A stretch of 64,000 nucleotides of DNA. Source: a virus. This document shows positions 1-10,287 of the stretch, one piece after another. A program made the translations under genes and the position numbers. The notes under the pieces are model-generated. The model was not told where the DNA came from. It did not search any database and saw only the letters and a list, made by a program, of their open reading frames with translations. The DNA lies in IMG/VR virus record IMGVR_UViG_3300017917_001271, positions 27,902-91,901 of that record. One strand, 5' to 3'. Position 1 is the first letter of the stretch. Each line of letters begins with the position of its first letter.

Positions 1-3000
1 AGAAGTTCCTTTTATTCCAGTTGATAGCACAGGAACTAACTCTACTTTACAAAGACAAGGCGTTGTTTCTGTTTACGAAAAAGACTCTAATAATATCTTT
101 AGTTTAGTTGCAACTATAATGAGTCCATGGCCTGCAAGCGAAGAAACATTTGGTTCAAGCCTTGCGTTCGGAGAACGTGCCCTTTTTGTTGGAGCATCTG
201 GTTATAATAACCACCAAGGTTTTGTTTACAAATTAGTTTATAAAACTATTACTGAAGTCAGTACAACATACAATCCAATTGGCAGTTCTGGCACTAAGTT
301 AGTTTTAACAAGTACTGCCGGAATTCGAGCAGGTATGTACCTAAAAGGTGCAGGGTTTACCAGCGGACAGTATGTTAGTTCAATTAATCAAGCAGATAAT
401 TCTATTATAATCAGTGCAGAGCCCGATTCTGAACCAAGCGGTGTGATTGAATTTACAACAACTAGTTGGAGATATGACAGAGATAACTACATTACCCCGC
501 AGACTGGAGCAAATAGCAAATTTGGTTCAGTTCTATCAATCAGCGATGACAGCAGTACATTACTAGTTTCTGCACCTGACGCATCGCCTGCTGGTAAAGT
601 ATTTGTTTATAAATCTGCAGATAAAGAACAGTATAGTTTGTTACATCCTGTAACTGGCACTGACAACAGTTTTGGTTTAAGCACTACTGTATCTTCTGAC
701 GGATCTTATGTTGCAATGTCTTCAATTTATAAAGACGTTAGTAAGATTGACCAAGGTGAAGTTCAAATTTACAAATTAGGCGCTACAGCATATTCCTTAT
801 ATCAGACCCTAACAGGCATTAGACCAGAGATTGCAGAATTCTTTGGATTCAAAATATCGTTTATGAACGACTATCAAACTCTTGTTGTGTTCAGCAAAGG
901 CGCTGACAACATTGTTAAAACAACGTTTGATGCTGCTTCTACAACGTTCGACAATAATTTAACTAAGGTCTATGACATCTTAGAAAATAATGGTAGAGTA
1001 GATGTCTATGATAGATATTCTTCACACTGGGTGTATAGTGAAAGTTTAGAAAATGACAGCACAGACGTTGATGGGTACGGTGCTGGTCTAGCAGTGGGAT
1101 CTAATCAGATTATTATTGGTGCTCCTAACAAATCCGATCAAGGATTCAAGTCAGGAAAAGTGTATCAATATAGTAAACCACAGAATAAACTAAGTTGGAA
1201 TATTCTTCATAAAGAAATTGATAAAATTGATATCAAAAAAATAAAGAGAGCATTCTTATACAACAAGACAACAAATAAATTAATTACTAATTTAGACATC
1301 ATAGATCCAGTACAAGGACAAATTCCAGGTATAGCTGAAGCTGAGATTCAGTATAAAACTTTTTATGATCCAGCAGTTTATAGTTCTGGAACAAACGAAG
1401 TTAACGTTGACGAGGGTATGGCATGGACAAAACCTTATGTTGGCGCACTATGGTGGGATCTAAGAACAGCTAAATTTATAGATAGTCACGACAGGGATCT
1501 AGTCTATAGAAATAGCACATGGAATACAATTTTCCCTTATGCAAGTATTGACATTTGTGAGTGGGTAGAAACACAATATACCCCAGACCAATGGAACGAA
1601 CTTGCAGATACTGAAGAAGGTATTGTTCTAGGTATAAGCGGCAAGAGCTTGTACGGTAACAATGTTTATGGTTTAGTTAGAAAGTACGATACTGTTTCTA
1701 AATCTTTTAGAAATACATACTACTTCTGGGTTAAAGGCAAAAAAACAATTCCAAACATTCCAACTAGAAAACTTTCAGCAAGTGATGTTGCCGCATTGAT
1801 TGAAAATCCTAGAGGAGTGGACTACAAGTACCTTGCATTAACCAGCACAAATAGTTTTAGTTTAGTAAACGTAAAGCCACTGTTAGAAGACAAAAATGTT
1901 ATTTTAAGTGTAGAATATTGGACATCAAATGAAATAGACAAGAACATACACAGTCAATGGAAAATTATCAATAATAATATTTCAACTAATATACCTAAGA
2001 CAGTTGAACAAAAATGGTTTGATAGTCTGTGTGGAAAAGATAATCAAGGTCGTCTAGTTCCTGATCCTTTATTACCAGATAAACTAAAATATGGTATTGA
2101 GAACAGACCAAGACAGGGCATGTTTATCAACAGATTTGAAGCACTAAAACAATTTATAGAATATGTAAACATTGAATTAGCAAAGAATTTAATTGTTGAA
2201 AATCGAGATATTTCAAAATTAGAATCTTTTGAAGAAGAGCCAAGCACACTTACAGGTTTATATGATTTTGTTTTAGACTCGGATGCAGAGCTAAGATTTG
2301 CTAATATTGGAACTTTCGAGAAGCCTAGTTTCTTACCAATAATTGAAAACGGAAGGATAATCGGTGTTGATATTGTTTCTAAAGGAAGGGGTTATTTTGT
2401 AGCACCATACTTTACAATTTCAGGATCTGGCACAGGCGCAAAAATTAGAGCAAAAATTAATGTTAAAGGTCAGATAGTAGGGTACGATGTTATTTCATCA
2501 GGTGAGGGTTATACTTCTTATGACACTACAATTACTCTAAGAAATTACAGCGTTTTAGTTCACAGCGACAGTGTTGCCAACGGAGCCTGGAGCATTTATT
2601 CTTACGAACCAACAACACAAGTGTGGAGTAGAGTACAAAGTCAAAGCTACAATGTATCAAATTACTGGACTAAAGTCGACTGGTATGCATCTGGGTACAA
2701 TCAATTCACTGCAATCGATCACTCAGTGATGACCTTCACTGATTTAGCTAACTTGTTTGCTAATATAGGCGAAACCGTAAAAGTCAAGACAACTAGTGCA
2801 GGCACATGGGTATTGTTAGAAAAATATTCTAATGTTGCTTCTTCAGACTGGACACAAACTTATAAAGTTGTTGGAAAAGAAAAAGGTACGATCCAGTTAT
2901 CTACCACTCTTTATAATTTTGAAAACAGCCTGTATGGCTTTGACGGATCTTTATACGACTCTGCAATTTTTGATAATTCAGCTGCGAAAGAACTAATAAT

Positions 3001-6000
3001 TATTTTAAATTCTTTAAAGAATGATATTCTAATCGAAGACTTGAAGTCTGTGTATTTGAACTTATTCTTTAATAGCGTAAGATATGCTTACAGCGAACAA
3101 AACTACATTGATTGGATTTTCAAAACTAGTTTTGTTAAAGCTCAACACAATGTTGGAGAATTAAAAGAGAAGGTAACCTACAATAGTGACAATCTTGAAA
3201 ATTTTGAAGATTTTGTAAACGAAGTCAAACCTTACAGAACAAAAGTTCGTGAATACGTTAGTTCTTACAATAAAGTAGATACTAATAATCTTGTAACAAC
3301 AGATTTTGATTTACCTTCATACTACGAAAATGATAAAATAAAAACATTATCTACTACTGTAGTTAATGGTGTTATTCAAGCAGACGATAATTCAATTTTA
3401 TCTTATCCTTGGAAATATTGGTATGAAAATGCTGGATATTCGGTTACATCGTTAGTAGTTGTTGATGGCGGCAGTGGTTATAAATCTGAACCGGTAGTAA
3501 GAATAATCAGCAACAGCGGATCAGGTGCTACAGGTCGCGCATTCTATACTAACGGAAAAATAAACAGAATTGTTCTGTTAACAAAAGGATCAGGTTACCT
3601 AAGTGCGCCAACTGTTGTACTAGATGGTGGCTTAATAGACGGCGGCACTCCTGCTAAAGTAGTTGCTATTATTGGAAATGGCGTAGTACGAAGCAATTTA
3701 ATTAAACTTAAATTTGATAGACTAAGTCAAAAATATTTGATATCTAAGCTGCAAGAAACTGAAGTTATTGATAACCCAACTCTAGTATCTGGATCAAGAT
3801 TGCAGTTCTCTTTAGCATGGGCACCAGATATTGTTAATACTCCTATTAATAATATAAAAAATGAAAAGTCGACAGTTTTAATTAACAATGTTGAAATTTT
3901 AAAATCTGATTATAGTTTAAGCGTAGTGAAATCAACCGCAAGAGGCTACACTACCTACACTGGCTCAATCACATTTAAGACTCCTCCAGCAGCTGGTTCA
4001 GTCATTGTAATTAACTACACTAAAGACTGGTCGTTGCTCACAGCCGCAGATAGAATTCAATATTATTACGACCCTGCCGTTGGCGAGTTAGGAAAAGATC
4101 TAGCACAGTTAATGACTGGTGTAGACTACGGCGGCGTAAGTGTACATGGATTAAATTTTGATATTGGACTAGGTTGGGGCAGCGTTCCATACTACACAGA
4201 CAAGTGGGCCAGCTTTGACGAAACATTTGAAGATTATATTGTAACAGTTGCTGCTGACACACATTCGTTTACATTGCCTTATGTACCAGAGGCTGGTACA
4301 GAGATGAACGTTTACTATGTAGGTAAAAATGTTGATGAATACACTGGTGACGGATTCTCTACAATCTATAATTTTAATATTGATGATGTTTACCCTCCAA
4401 CTGTAACAGTGACCGTTACAAAAGATTTTGCTGGAACAAACCTAGCAGGTTCGGATATTATTAATCTTACATCAACCGCAGGCATTAAAGTTGGAGATGT
4501 TCTAACAATGAACCCTGTAGTTGATAAGACACTGGCTTATAACACAGTTGTTACCCAAATATTAAATGGAACACAGGTAAAAATAGATCAAATCTTGTTT
4601 AAACCTATTACAGCTGGAACAGACGCTATCTTTACAAGAACGCTAGTCGATCCATTAGATTGTACTATTAATCCAAACGGAACAGTATTCTTAAAAGAAG
4701 CTATCCCAGTTGGTGCTAAAATTTCAATGACTGCATACACCAGCCCTATTAGATTAGATGACCCTAATTATACAGTAACTGGAGTGGCAAGAGTACAACT
4801 CAATACTTTACAAAATGAATACAATGTACTTGTCACGAACTCGTATGCGTTAGAAAATTCAAAAGCAACTATTGAAGCAAACCTCGAAACAGCTAACAAT
4901 AATCTTGTTGACAAACAAGCAGAATTAAATGCTTTACTTGTAGTGATAGATGGTTTAGATCCAAGTGATCCGTTATATGCGCCGACTGTAAGTGACATTA
5001 ATTTTATTGTTAATACTGCAATACCGGCGATCCAAGCAACCATCGCTTCTGAGCAGTCTGCATTAAATGACATAAACGACGACATTGCGGCAAATCAAGT
5101 TGCAAAAACTGCCAAGATAGCCGCAATCAATGCTCAAGCTGCATACATTAACACATTGACTCCTTTGGCGAACGATACTGCAATTATGCAGACTATTATC
5201 TCAGACGGTATTCCAGATAGTCAAATTGATCCTACCTACAAAACATTTTCAATTCCATTATCATTTGATGTGTTTGAAGGCGACCAGTTTATTTGGAGAA
5301 AAGCAAAGAGTGACGGATCGATATTGCCACAGGATCAAGATTACGATACCGCAGTAAACGGCGGCGACTTAGCCTACAGTAGTGCAACAGGCTTGGCTGC
5401 AGATGACATTATTATCGATGGTGACGATTTTGTCACTCCAACTAGCAGCCCAGCTACAGAAGAAGTTGTTCCAGGACAAGTCGTGGATGCTGTTGCAATC
5501 AAAGTTTACGATAGACCAAGCACAGGGTCTGCAAAAATCAAAGTTGACAGTTACATAGCAGACGGTGTTCAAACAGACTTTGAAATAACTCAGCAACCGA
5601 ACACCTCAACTGCGGTTGTAGTTAAATTTACAAAAGGGGCAAGGGATCCAATTTCAGGAGTGTTATCTTCAGTTTCTGTAGTTAAGACGCTAGGAGTCGA
5701 CTATGAAGTTGACTATACTAACCGATTGATTAAATTTATCGCTCCTCCATCGCAAGGTGAAATGGTTTCAATTTTCAGCTTTGGTTTTAATGGTTCTGGC
5801 ATACTGGATCTTGATTACTTTATTGGCGACGGTGTGACAACAGAGTTTATAACTAAAGCCGCGTGGGTCAAAGATGTAAATTATCTAGTATATGTCAATG
5901 GTGAAGCTCCAAGACCAGGAACTCCTGCATTGTTTAAAACAGATGCAACATACGAAAGTTCTAATCGTATTGGATTAGTGTTTGCTGCACCTCCGGCAGC

Positions 6001-7855
6001 TGGTGATTTAATTAATTACGTAATTGTTAGTGGAACACAGCAAACATATTCTATAACTAAAACAGAACGATTCCCAGGAAACGGATCAGACATCTATGAA
6101 TTACAAAATATAGTCGGTGACAGTTTGCCTGCTGAATCAAACATGCTGGTTCGTGTTAACAATCAATATTTACAAGGACCAAACAACAGCTACTATACTA
6201 TAACTGGTACAAAAGTAAATTATGTTATTGATCCTGCAAAGTATGTTCCATACTCATTGTCAATTAATGATATCTATGTATATGCTGGCGGAGACTTACT
6301 AGTATCTGGCATTGATTATATTGTTGAATTGGGTGGAATTACTATTAAGATCACACAAAATGTTCGTAAAAAGTATCTTAATAAAGAGTTGATTATAAGT
6401 GTGAAACAAACACAAGATTACGAATATATTCCGCCATCAGGTTTATTACCTGCTAGAATACAGTTTACTAAAACTTATGCTACTACTGATTTAATTGAAG
6501 TGTTAAGTTCTTATAAACACGACATTCTAGACATTCAAAGAACTGCCGTAAACGTCACATCAAGTCTAGTGTTAACACCAGACACGCCAGAGTTCTATAA
6601 TTATAGTGCAGTGGCAGGCGGTGTGATTCAATTAGACAGAACAGTTATTGATGAAAATTACGTGTGGGTAATTAAGAACGGAATACTATTAACACCTAGT
6701 GCAGATTTTATCTTAACTGAAAACAAGAAAACTATCAAGTTGGCACTCTATCCAGACCCTGCTGATGTCTTTACTATAATTACTTACGGTAGTAAGATAT
6801 TGACTTCTAGCATTTCTTATATGCAGTTTAAAGACATGCTCAACAGAGTACACTATAAACGCTTAAATGCAAACAAACAAACACGTTTAGTTAAGAATTT
6901 AAAATATACAGATAGTGTAATTGAAGTTGAAGATGCAAGTAATTTTGACTTACCAAGCGTTGGAAATAACAAGCCTGGCATTATTGAAATTCGAGGAGAG
7001 CGTATTGAGTTCTTTACAGTTTCAACTAAGGTTGAAGCAAATGTTACAACATACTTATTAGGCCAATTACGCAGAGGCACATTAGGAACTGGTGTTTCTA
7101 AAGTTCATAGAGCAGGAAGTGTTGTGCAAGATATTGGACCAAGTGAAACTATTCCTTATATTGAGAATACAATAATTGAGCAAGTCACATCAGACGGCAC
7201 AAATATTGTTCCAATTAATTTTATACCTATGGACCCAAGTACAGGTGTGACACCTGCAGGTGAGTGGACTTATAAGGACGGTTATGTGTCAACAATTCCA
7301 ACAGGATATGTTCAGGCGAATGATATTGAAGTATTTGTTGGAGGTTATACTAGTGCAGAATGGGCAGCTAATGCAGAATATGCAGTAGATGATATTGTTG
7401 AAGTTGGAAATTATATGTATCGCTGTATATCTGCGCATACAAGTAGTACAGACTTCTTTGCAGACCAAAGTAACTGGGTGTTCTTTATTGGAAATATTCG
7501 TCTAAAGAAACAACCTTATTTGGTACACAACGTAAATCAAGCACCTTACAGCCCAGAAGGTGATGTTCAACTAGATGCAGAGTTTGCAGTTGACACTGAA
7601 AACAAGCAAATTAGACTGACAAATAAATTAAAATTTGGAACCAAAGTTACTGTTATAAAACGCACAGGTGTTGCGTGGGATAGCACAACAAACGTTCTAG
7701 AAGATACTAATAAGATTGCTCGCTTCTTAAAAGCAGTCCCAGGAGTGTGGTACACAAATATAGGTAAATATGAGAATAAGGCCGGAGTACCATCAACGTT
7801 TGACAGCGAAGACGGGTCATTTGACAGTACATCAATAACATTCGACCAAGGATAA
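1..7855 (+). CDS. Giant virion structural protein (baseplate wedge-type), 5'-partial; FG-GAP-like propeller repeats, coiled-coil insert, C-terminal CBM5/12-like module
   Basis: The frame is open from base 2 through the listed ATG at 119, so the gene starts upstream of the window. It has FG-GAP-like repeats (FGSSLA..LFVGA, FGSVLSIS..LLVSAP, FGLSTTVS, YGAGLAVG..IIIGAP), GxGY repeats typical of myophage baseplate proteins, and WAANAEYAVDDIVEVGNYMYRCISAHTS (CBM5/12-like). Confidence 0.7.
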   Translation, partial: EVPFIPVDSTGTNSTLQRQGVVSVYEKDSNNIFSLVATIMSPWPASEETFGSSLAFGERALFVGASGYNNHQGFVYKLVYKTITEVSTTYNPIGSSGTKLVLTSTAGIRAGMYLKGAGFTSGQYVSSINQADNSIIISAEPDSEPSGVIEFTTTSWRYDRDNYITPQTGANSKFGSVLSISDDSSTLLVSAPDASPAGKVFVYKSADKEQYSLLHPVTGTDNSFGLSTTVSSDGSYVAMSSIYKDVSKIDQGEVQIYKLGATAYSLYQTLTGIRPEIAEFFGFKISFMNDYQTLVVFSKGADNIVKTTFDAASTTFDNNLTKVYDILENNGRVDVYDRYSSHWVYSESLENDSTDVDGYGAGLAVGSNQIIIGAPNKSDQGFKSGKVYQYSKPQNKLSWNILHKEIDKIDIKKIKRAFLYNKTTNKLITNLDIIDPVQGQIPGIAEAEIQYKTFYDPAVYSSGTNEVNVDEGMAWTKPYVGALWWDLRTAKFIDSHDRDLVYRNSTWNTIFPYASIDICEWVETQYTPDQWNELADTEEGIVLGISGKSLYGNNVYGLVRKYDTVSKSFRNTYYFWVKGKKTIPNIPTRKLSASDVAALIENPRGVDYKYLALTSTNSFSLVNVKPLLEDKNVILSVEYWTSNEIDKNIHSQWKIINNNISTNIPKTVEQKWFDSLCGKDNQGRLVPDPLLPDKLKYGIENRPRQGMFINRFEALKQFIEYVNIELAKNLIVENRDISKLESFEEEPSTLTGLYDFVLDSDAELRFANIGTFEKPSFLPIIENGRIIGVDIVSKGRGYFVAPYFTISGSGTGAKIRAKINVKGQIVGYDVISSGEGYTSYDTTITLRNYSVLVHSDSVANGAWSIYSYEPTTQVWSRVQSQSYNVSNYWTKVDWYASGYNQFTAIDHSVMTFTDLANLFANIGETVKVKTTSAGTWVLLEKYSNVASSDWTQTYKVVGKEKGTIQLSTTLYNFENSLYGFDGSLYDSAIFDNSAAKELIIILNSLKNDILIEDLKSVYLNLFFNSVRYAYSEQNYIDWIFKTSFVKAQHNVGELKEKVTYNSDNLENFEDFVNEVKPYRTKVREYVSSYNKVDTNNLVTTDFDLPSYYENDKIKTLSTTVVNGVIQADDNSILSYPWKYWYENAGYSVTSLVVVDGGSGYKSEPVVRIISNSGSGATGRAFYTNGKINRIVLLTKGSGYLSAPTVVLDGGLIDGGTPAKVVAIIGNGVVRSNLIKLKFDRLSQKYLISKLQETEVIDNPTLVSGSRLQFSLAWAPDIVNTPINNIKNEKSTVLINNVEILKSDYSLSVVKSTARGYTTYTGSITFKTPPAAGSVIVINYTKDWSLLTAADRIQYYYDPAVGELGKDLAQLMTGVDYGGVSVHGLNFDIGLGWGSVPYYTDKWASFDETFEDYIVTVAADTHSFTLPYVPEAGTEMNVYYVGKNVDEYTGDGFSTIYNFNIDDVYPPTVTVTVTKDFAGTNLAGSDIINLTSTAGIKVGDVLTMNPVVDKTLAYNTVVTQILNGTQVKIDQILFKPITAGTDAIFTRTLVDPLDCTINPNGTVFLKEAIPVGAKISMTAYTSPIRLDDPNYTVTGVARVQLNTLQNEYNVLVTNSYALENSKATIEANLETANNNLVDKQAELNALLVVIDGLDPSDPLYAPTVSDINFIVNTAIPAIQATIASEQSALNDINDDIAANQVAKTAKIAAINAQAAYINTLTPLANDTAIMQTIISDGIPDSQIDPTYKTFSIPLSFDVFEGDQFIWRKAKSDGSILPQDQDYDTAVNGGDLAYSSATGLAADDIIIDGDDFVTPTSSPATEEVVPGQVVDAVAIKVYDRPSTGSAKIKVDSYIADGVQTDFEITQQPNTSTAVVVKFTKGARDPISGVLSSVSVVKTLGVDYEVDYTNRLIKFIAPPSQGEMVSIFSFGFNGSGILDLDYFIGDGVTTEFITKAAWVKDVNYLVYVNGEAPRPGTPALFKTDATYESSNRIGLVFAAPPAAGDLINYVIVSGTQQTYSITKTERFPGNGSDIYELQNIVGDSLPAESNMLVRVNNQYLQGPNNSYYTITGTKVNYVIDPAKYVPYSLSINDIYVYAGGDLLVSGIDYIVELGGITIKITQNVRKKYLNKELIISVKQTQDYEYIPPSGLLPARIQFTKTYATTDLIEVLSSYKHDILDIQRTAVNVTSSLVLTPDTPEFYNYSAVAGGVIQLDRTVIDENYVWVIKNGILLTPSADFILTENKKTIKLALYPDPADVFTIITYGSKILTSSISYMQFKDMLNRVHYKRLNANKQTRLVKNLKYTDSVIEVEDASNFDLPSVGNNKPGIIEIRGERIEFFTVSTKVEANVTTYLLGQLRRGTLGTGVSKVHRAGSVVQDIGPSETIPYIENTIIEQVTSDGTNIVPINFIPMDPSTGVTPAGEWTYKDGYVSTIPTGYVQANDIEVFVGGYTSAEWAANAEYAVDDIVEVGNYMYRCISAHTSSTDFFADQSNWVFFIGNIRLKKQPYLVHNVNQAPYSPEGDVQLDAEFAVDTENKQIRLTNKLKFGTKVTVIKRTGVAWDSTTNVLEDTNKIARFLKAVPGVWYTNIGKYENKAGVPSTFDSEDGSFDSTSITFDQG

Positions 7856-7861
7856 AAGAAT

Positions 7862-9604
7862 ATGGCAAAAAAAGTAATTAACGTTGGTTCAAGCGCAAAT
7901 GATTCCACTGGAGATTCATTACGTATCGCCGGCGGAAAAATCAACGACAATTTCACTGAACTGTATAATGCGCTTGGTGGAGAAACTGGCGCACCATTAA
8001 GTATAGTTTCAAAAATATTACCAGGAGATGGTATAATCGTAAGTTCAGCTCAAGGTGATGTACTAGTATCTAGTAAAACTGCCAGTGCTAACGAACTTGG
8101 CGGAATTAAAATTGGTTCAGGAATCAATATAAGTTCAGAAGGTGTCGCCAGCGTAGCAACGTATCAGCTGCCAAAAGCCAGCGAGACTATTCTTGGCGGA
8201 ATCAAAGTAGGTGATAGGCTTAGTATTGATGCTAATGGAGTACTAAGTGCCGACGAAGGTGCGTATGTTCTGCCTAAAGCCACAGGAAGCGTATTGGGTG
8301 GTATCAAGATAGGCTCTGGTTTAGAAATTGATAATGCTGGTATAGTAAGTGTCAATCAGTTCGACCAGACACTGAATACAAATGATGTTGTAGAGTTTGA
8401 ATCAGTTTTAAGTAGAGGTTATACAACAGAAGGTAGTTCGTCAATATTTCAACGTTCAACCGGAGAAAATATTGACACAGGTTTGAATATTCGCAGCTCA
8501 GTAGATAAAGAACCAATTTACATATACAATTATGGATCAGACGGGCTAGGTACTGGCGGAAGTGAAATTGATATTAAAGAACTCACAGTTGACATTTATA
8601 CTAAATGGGGAACAGCTGATCAGAAAAGGTGGCAGTTCACAAACATTACAAATAATGGCAGCGCACTTATAACACCTACAATGATATTAGGTACTACTGG
8701 TACAGAAGATCAATTGATTTCGCAGAATAGTCTTCACAGTATGACAGTGGGTAATACTGATTTAAAATCATATCTACGTTTTTACGGCCCAACTGATCCA
8801 GATACTGATAATCAAGGGCTGACAGATGCACCACGTGCTAATAAAATTACTATTAGTTCAAATGAGTTAGGAGATTGGGTAGAAGGAGAAGGATATACCA
8901 GCAAAGGTAGAATTGAATTAATCGCCGGGGGCACTCAGTCTACAACAAGAGCTTCTATAACGTTAGGCGAAAATGGTAGTCCAACACACGATTTCCCTCC
9001 AACGGGCAGTCCAGTTGTAACAACAACTAACAACATTGAAATCACAGGCGGTGTAGCGTTTTATGGCGACGTTACAATTCAAGCCGGTTCAACACTGGGT
9101 ATTAGAAATAGAATAGTATTTCAGGACGGATCAATTCAAACTACTGCTTATACAGGCACCGGAGGCGGAACACCATCGTCAATTGCTCAAGGAAGCTATG
9201 AAGTTAGTTTAAACGCTAACGGTAGTATTAGTTACCCAGGCGATGTTACACAAAACTTTCAAGACAGTACTAGCTGCTCGGCAGGTGTAAACACAGTTGT
9301 TTATACATCAACAGGACAATTTCAACATGCTATTAGATTATTTGCTATAGTAGAAGGAAATCCAGATGGCGGCTCTACTTGGGAAACACAGGCTTGTGAT
9401 ATTGTAGCGGTTCGCGGGTATGTTAATGATATTGTACATATAACAGTTTATGGTTTGACTTATTCAAGCGTATCTGCGCTAGCCACATTTGACGGCCGAT
9501 GGAACGCATTGACTAATAGAATAGAAATTACATGCAGCCCAATAAGTGCAACAAATTCTGTCGTAACAAGTGTCTATGCGATTGAAATGCGCAGTAACGA
9601 CTAA
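7862..9604 (+). CDS. Baseplate/fibre protein with T4 gp9/gp10-like N-terminal motif and head-fibre-type repeats
   Basis: The N-terminus INVGSSANDSTGDSLRIAGGKINDNFTELY matches the gp9/gp10-type N-terminal motif. Three (L)PxA(S/T)xxxLGGIK(I/V)GxxLxID repeats follow. Confidence 0.65.
   Translation: MAKKVINVGSSANDSTGDSLRIAGGKINDNFTELYNALGGETGAPLSIVSKILPGDGIIVSSAQGDVLVSSKTASANELGGIKIGSGINISSEGVASVATYQLPKASETILGGIKVGDRLSIDANGVLSADEGAYVLPKATGSVLGGIKIGSGLEIDNAGIVSVNQFDQTLNTNDVVEFESVLSRGYTTEGSSSIFQRSTGENIDTGLNIRSSVDKEPIYIYNYGSDGLGTGGSEIDIKELTVDIYTKWGTADQKRWQFTNITNNGSALITPTMILGTTGTEDQLISQNSLHSMTVGNTDLKSYLRFYGPTDPDTDNQGLTDAPRANKITISSNELGDWVEGEGYTSKGRIELIAGGTQSTTRASITLGENGSPTHDFPPTGSPVVTTTNNIEITGGVAFYGDVTIQAGSTLGIRNRIVFQDGSIQTTAYTGTGGGTPSSIAQGSYEVSLNANGSISYPGDVTQNFQDSTSCSAGVNTVVYTSTGQFQHAIRLFAIVEGNPDGGSTWETQACDIVAVRGYVNDIVHITVYGLTYSSVSALATFDGRWNALTNRIEITCSPISATNSVVTSVYAIEMRSND
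8077..8355 (+). repeat. Three ~33-aa LGGIK(I/V)G fibre repeats
   Basis: TASANELGGIKIGSGINIS / PKASETILGGIKVGDRLSID / PKATGSVLGGIKIGSGLEID. Confidence 0.85.
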
Positions 9605-9647
9605 TAAACAGCACAGTTTGGGATTAAACTAGCACATTATAACTATT

Positions 9648-9655
9648 GATAAATA
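9648..9655 (+). promoter_or_regulatory. Putative T4-like late promoter (GATAAATA)
   Basis: Intergenic TAAATA core about 20 nt upstream of ATG 9676. The same core recurs before many genes in the window. Confidence 0.6.
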
Positions 9656-9675
9656 CTGAATAAAGAGAGATTTCT

Positions 9676-10284
9676 ATGCAGAATAAAGACGTAACCGGCG
9701 TACATATTGAAGGACATATTAAAATCCATGACCCAGAGTCTGGTGAAATTTACATCAATAAACGTAATGCCATTCACTACGAAAATATTAGTATAGCGTT
9801 AGCCCAAAGTCTTGCTAACAGCGGACAAGGCTTTGTATACGAAATGGCATTTGGGAACGGCGGAACAGCAGTTGATCCAACAGGTATTGTTACATACTTA
9901 ACACCAAATTCAACAGGATCTAACGCAAGTCTTTACAATCAAACATACGCTAAAGTCGTAGATGATCGTAGCAGCAATAATACTGATCCAACACGAAATT
10001 TTATTGAAACACGACATGTTACTGGCACAAATTATACAGATGTTTTTGTAACTTGTTTGTTAGATTACGGCGAGCCTAGCGGACAACAAGCATTTGATAA
10101 CTCTAACAATAACGGCGGCCTTTATATTTTTGACGAATTAGGTTTAAAAAGTTACAGCTCGACTGGTAACAGCTTATTATTGACTCATGTTATCTTCCAC
10201 CCCGTGCAAAAATCATTGAATCGATTAATTCAAATTGATTATACTGTACGTATTCAGAGTTTAACTGGTCTAGCAGGAGTTTAA
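9676..10284 (+). CDS. Virion structural protein (baseplate region)
   Basis: Lies in the tail/baseplate operon behind a late promoter. Beta-rich, with FDELGL near the C-terminus. Confidence 0.55.
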   Translation: MQNKDVTGVHIEGHIKIHDPESGEIYINKRNAIHYENISIALAQSLANSGQGFVYEMAFGNGGTAVDPTGIVTYLTPNSTGSNASLYNQTYAKVVDDRSSNNTDPTRNFIETRHVTGTNYTDVFVTCLLDYGEPSGQQAFDNSNNNGGLYIFDELGLKSYSSTGNSLLLTHVIFHPVQKSLNRLIQIDYTVRIQSLTGLAGV

Positions 10285-10287
10285 TAA

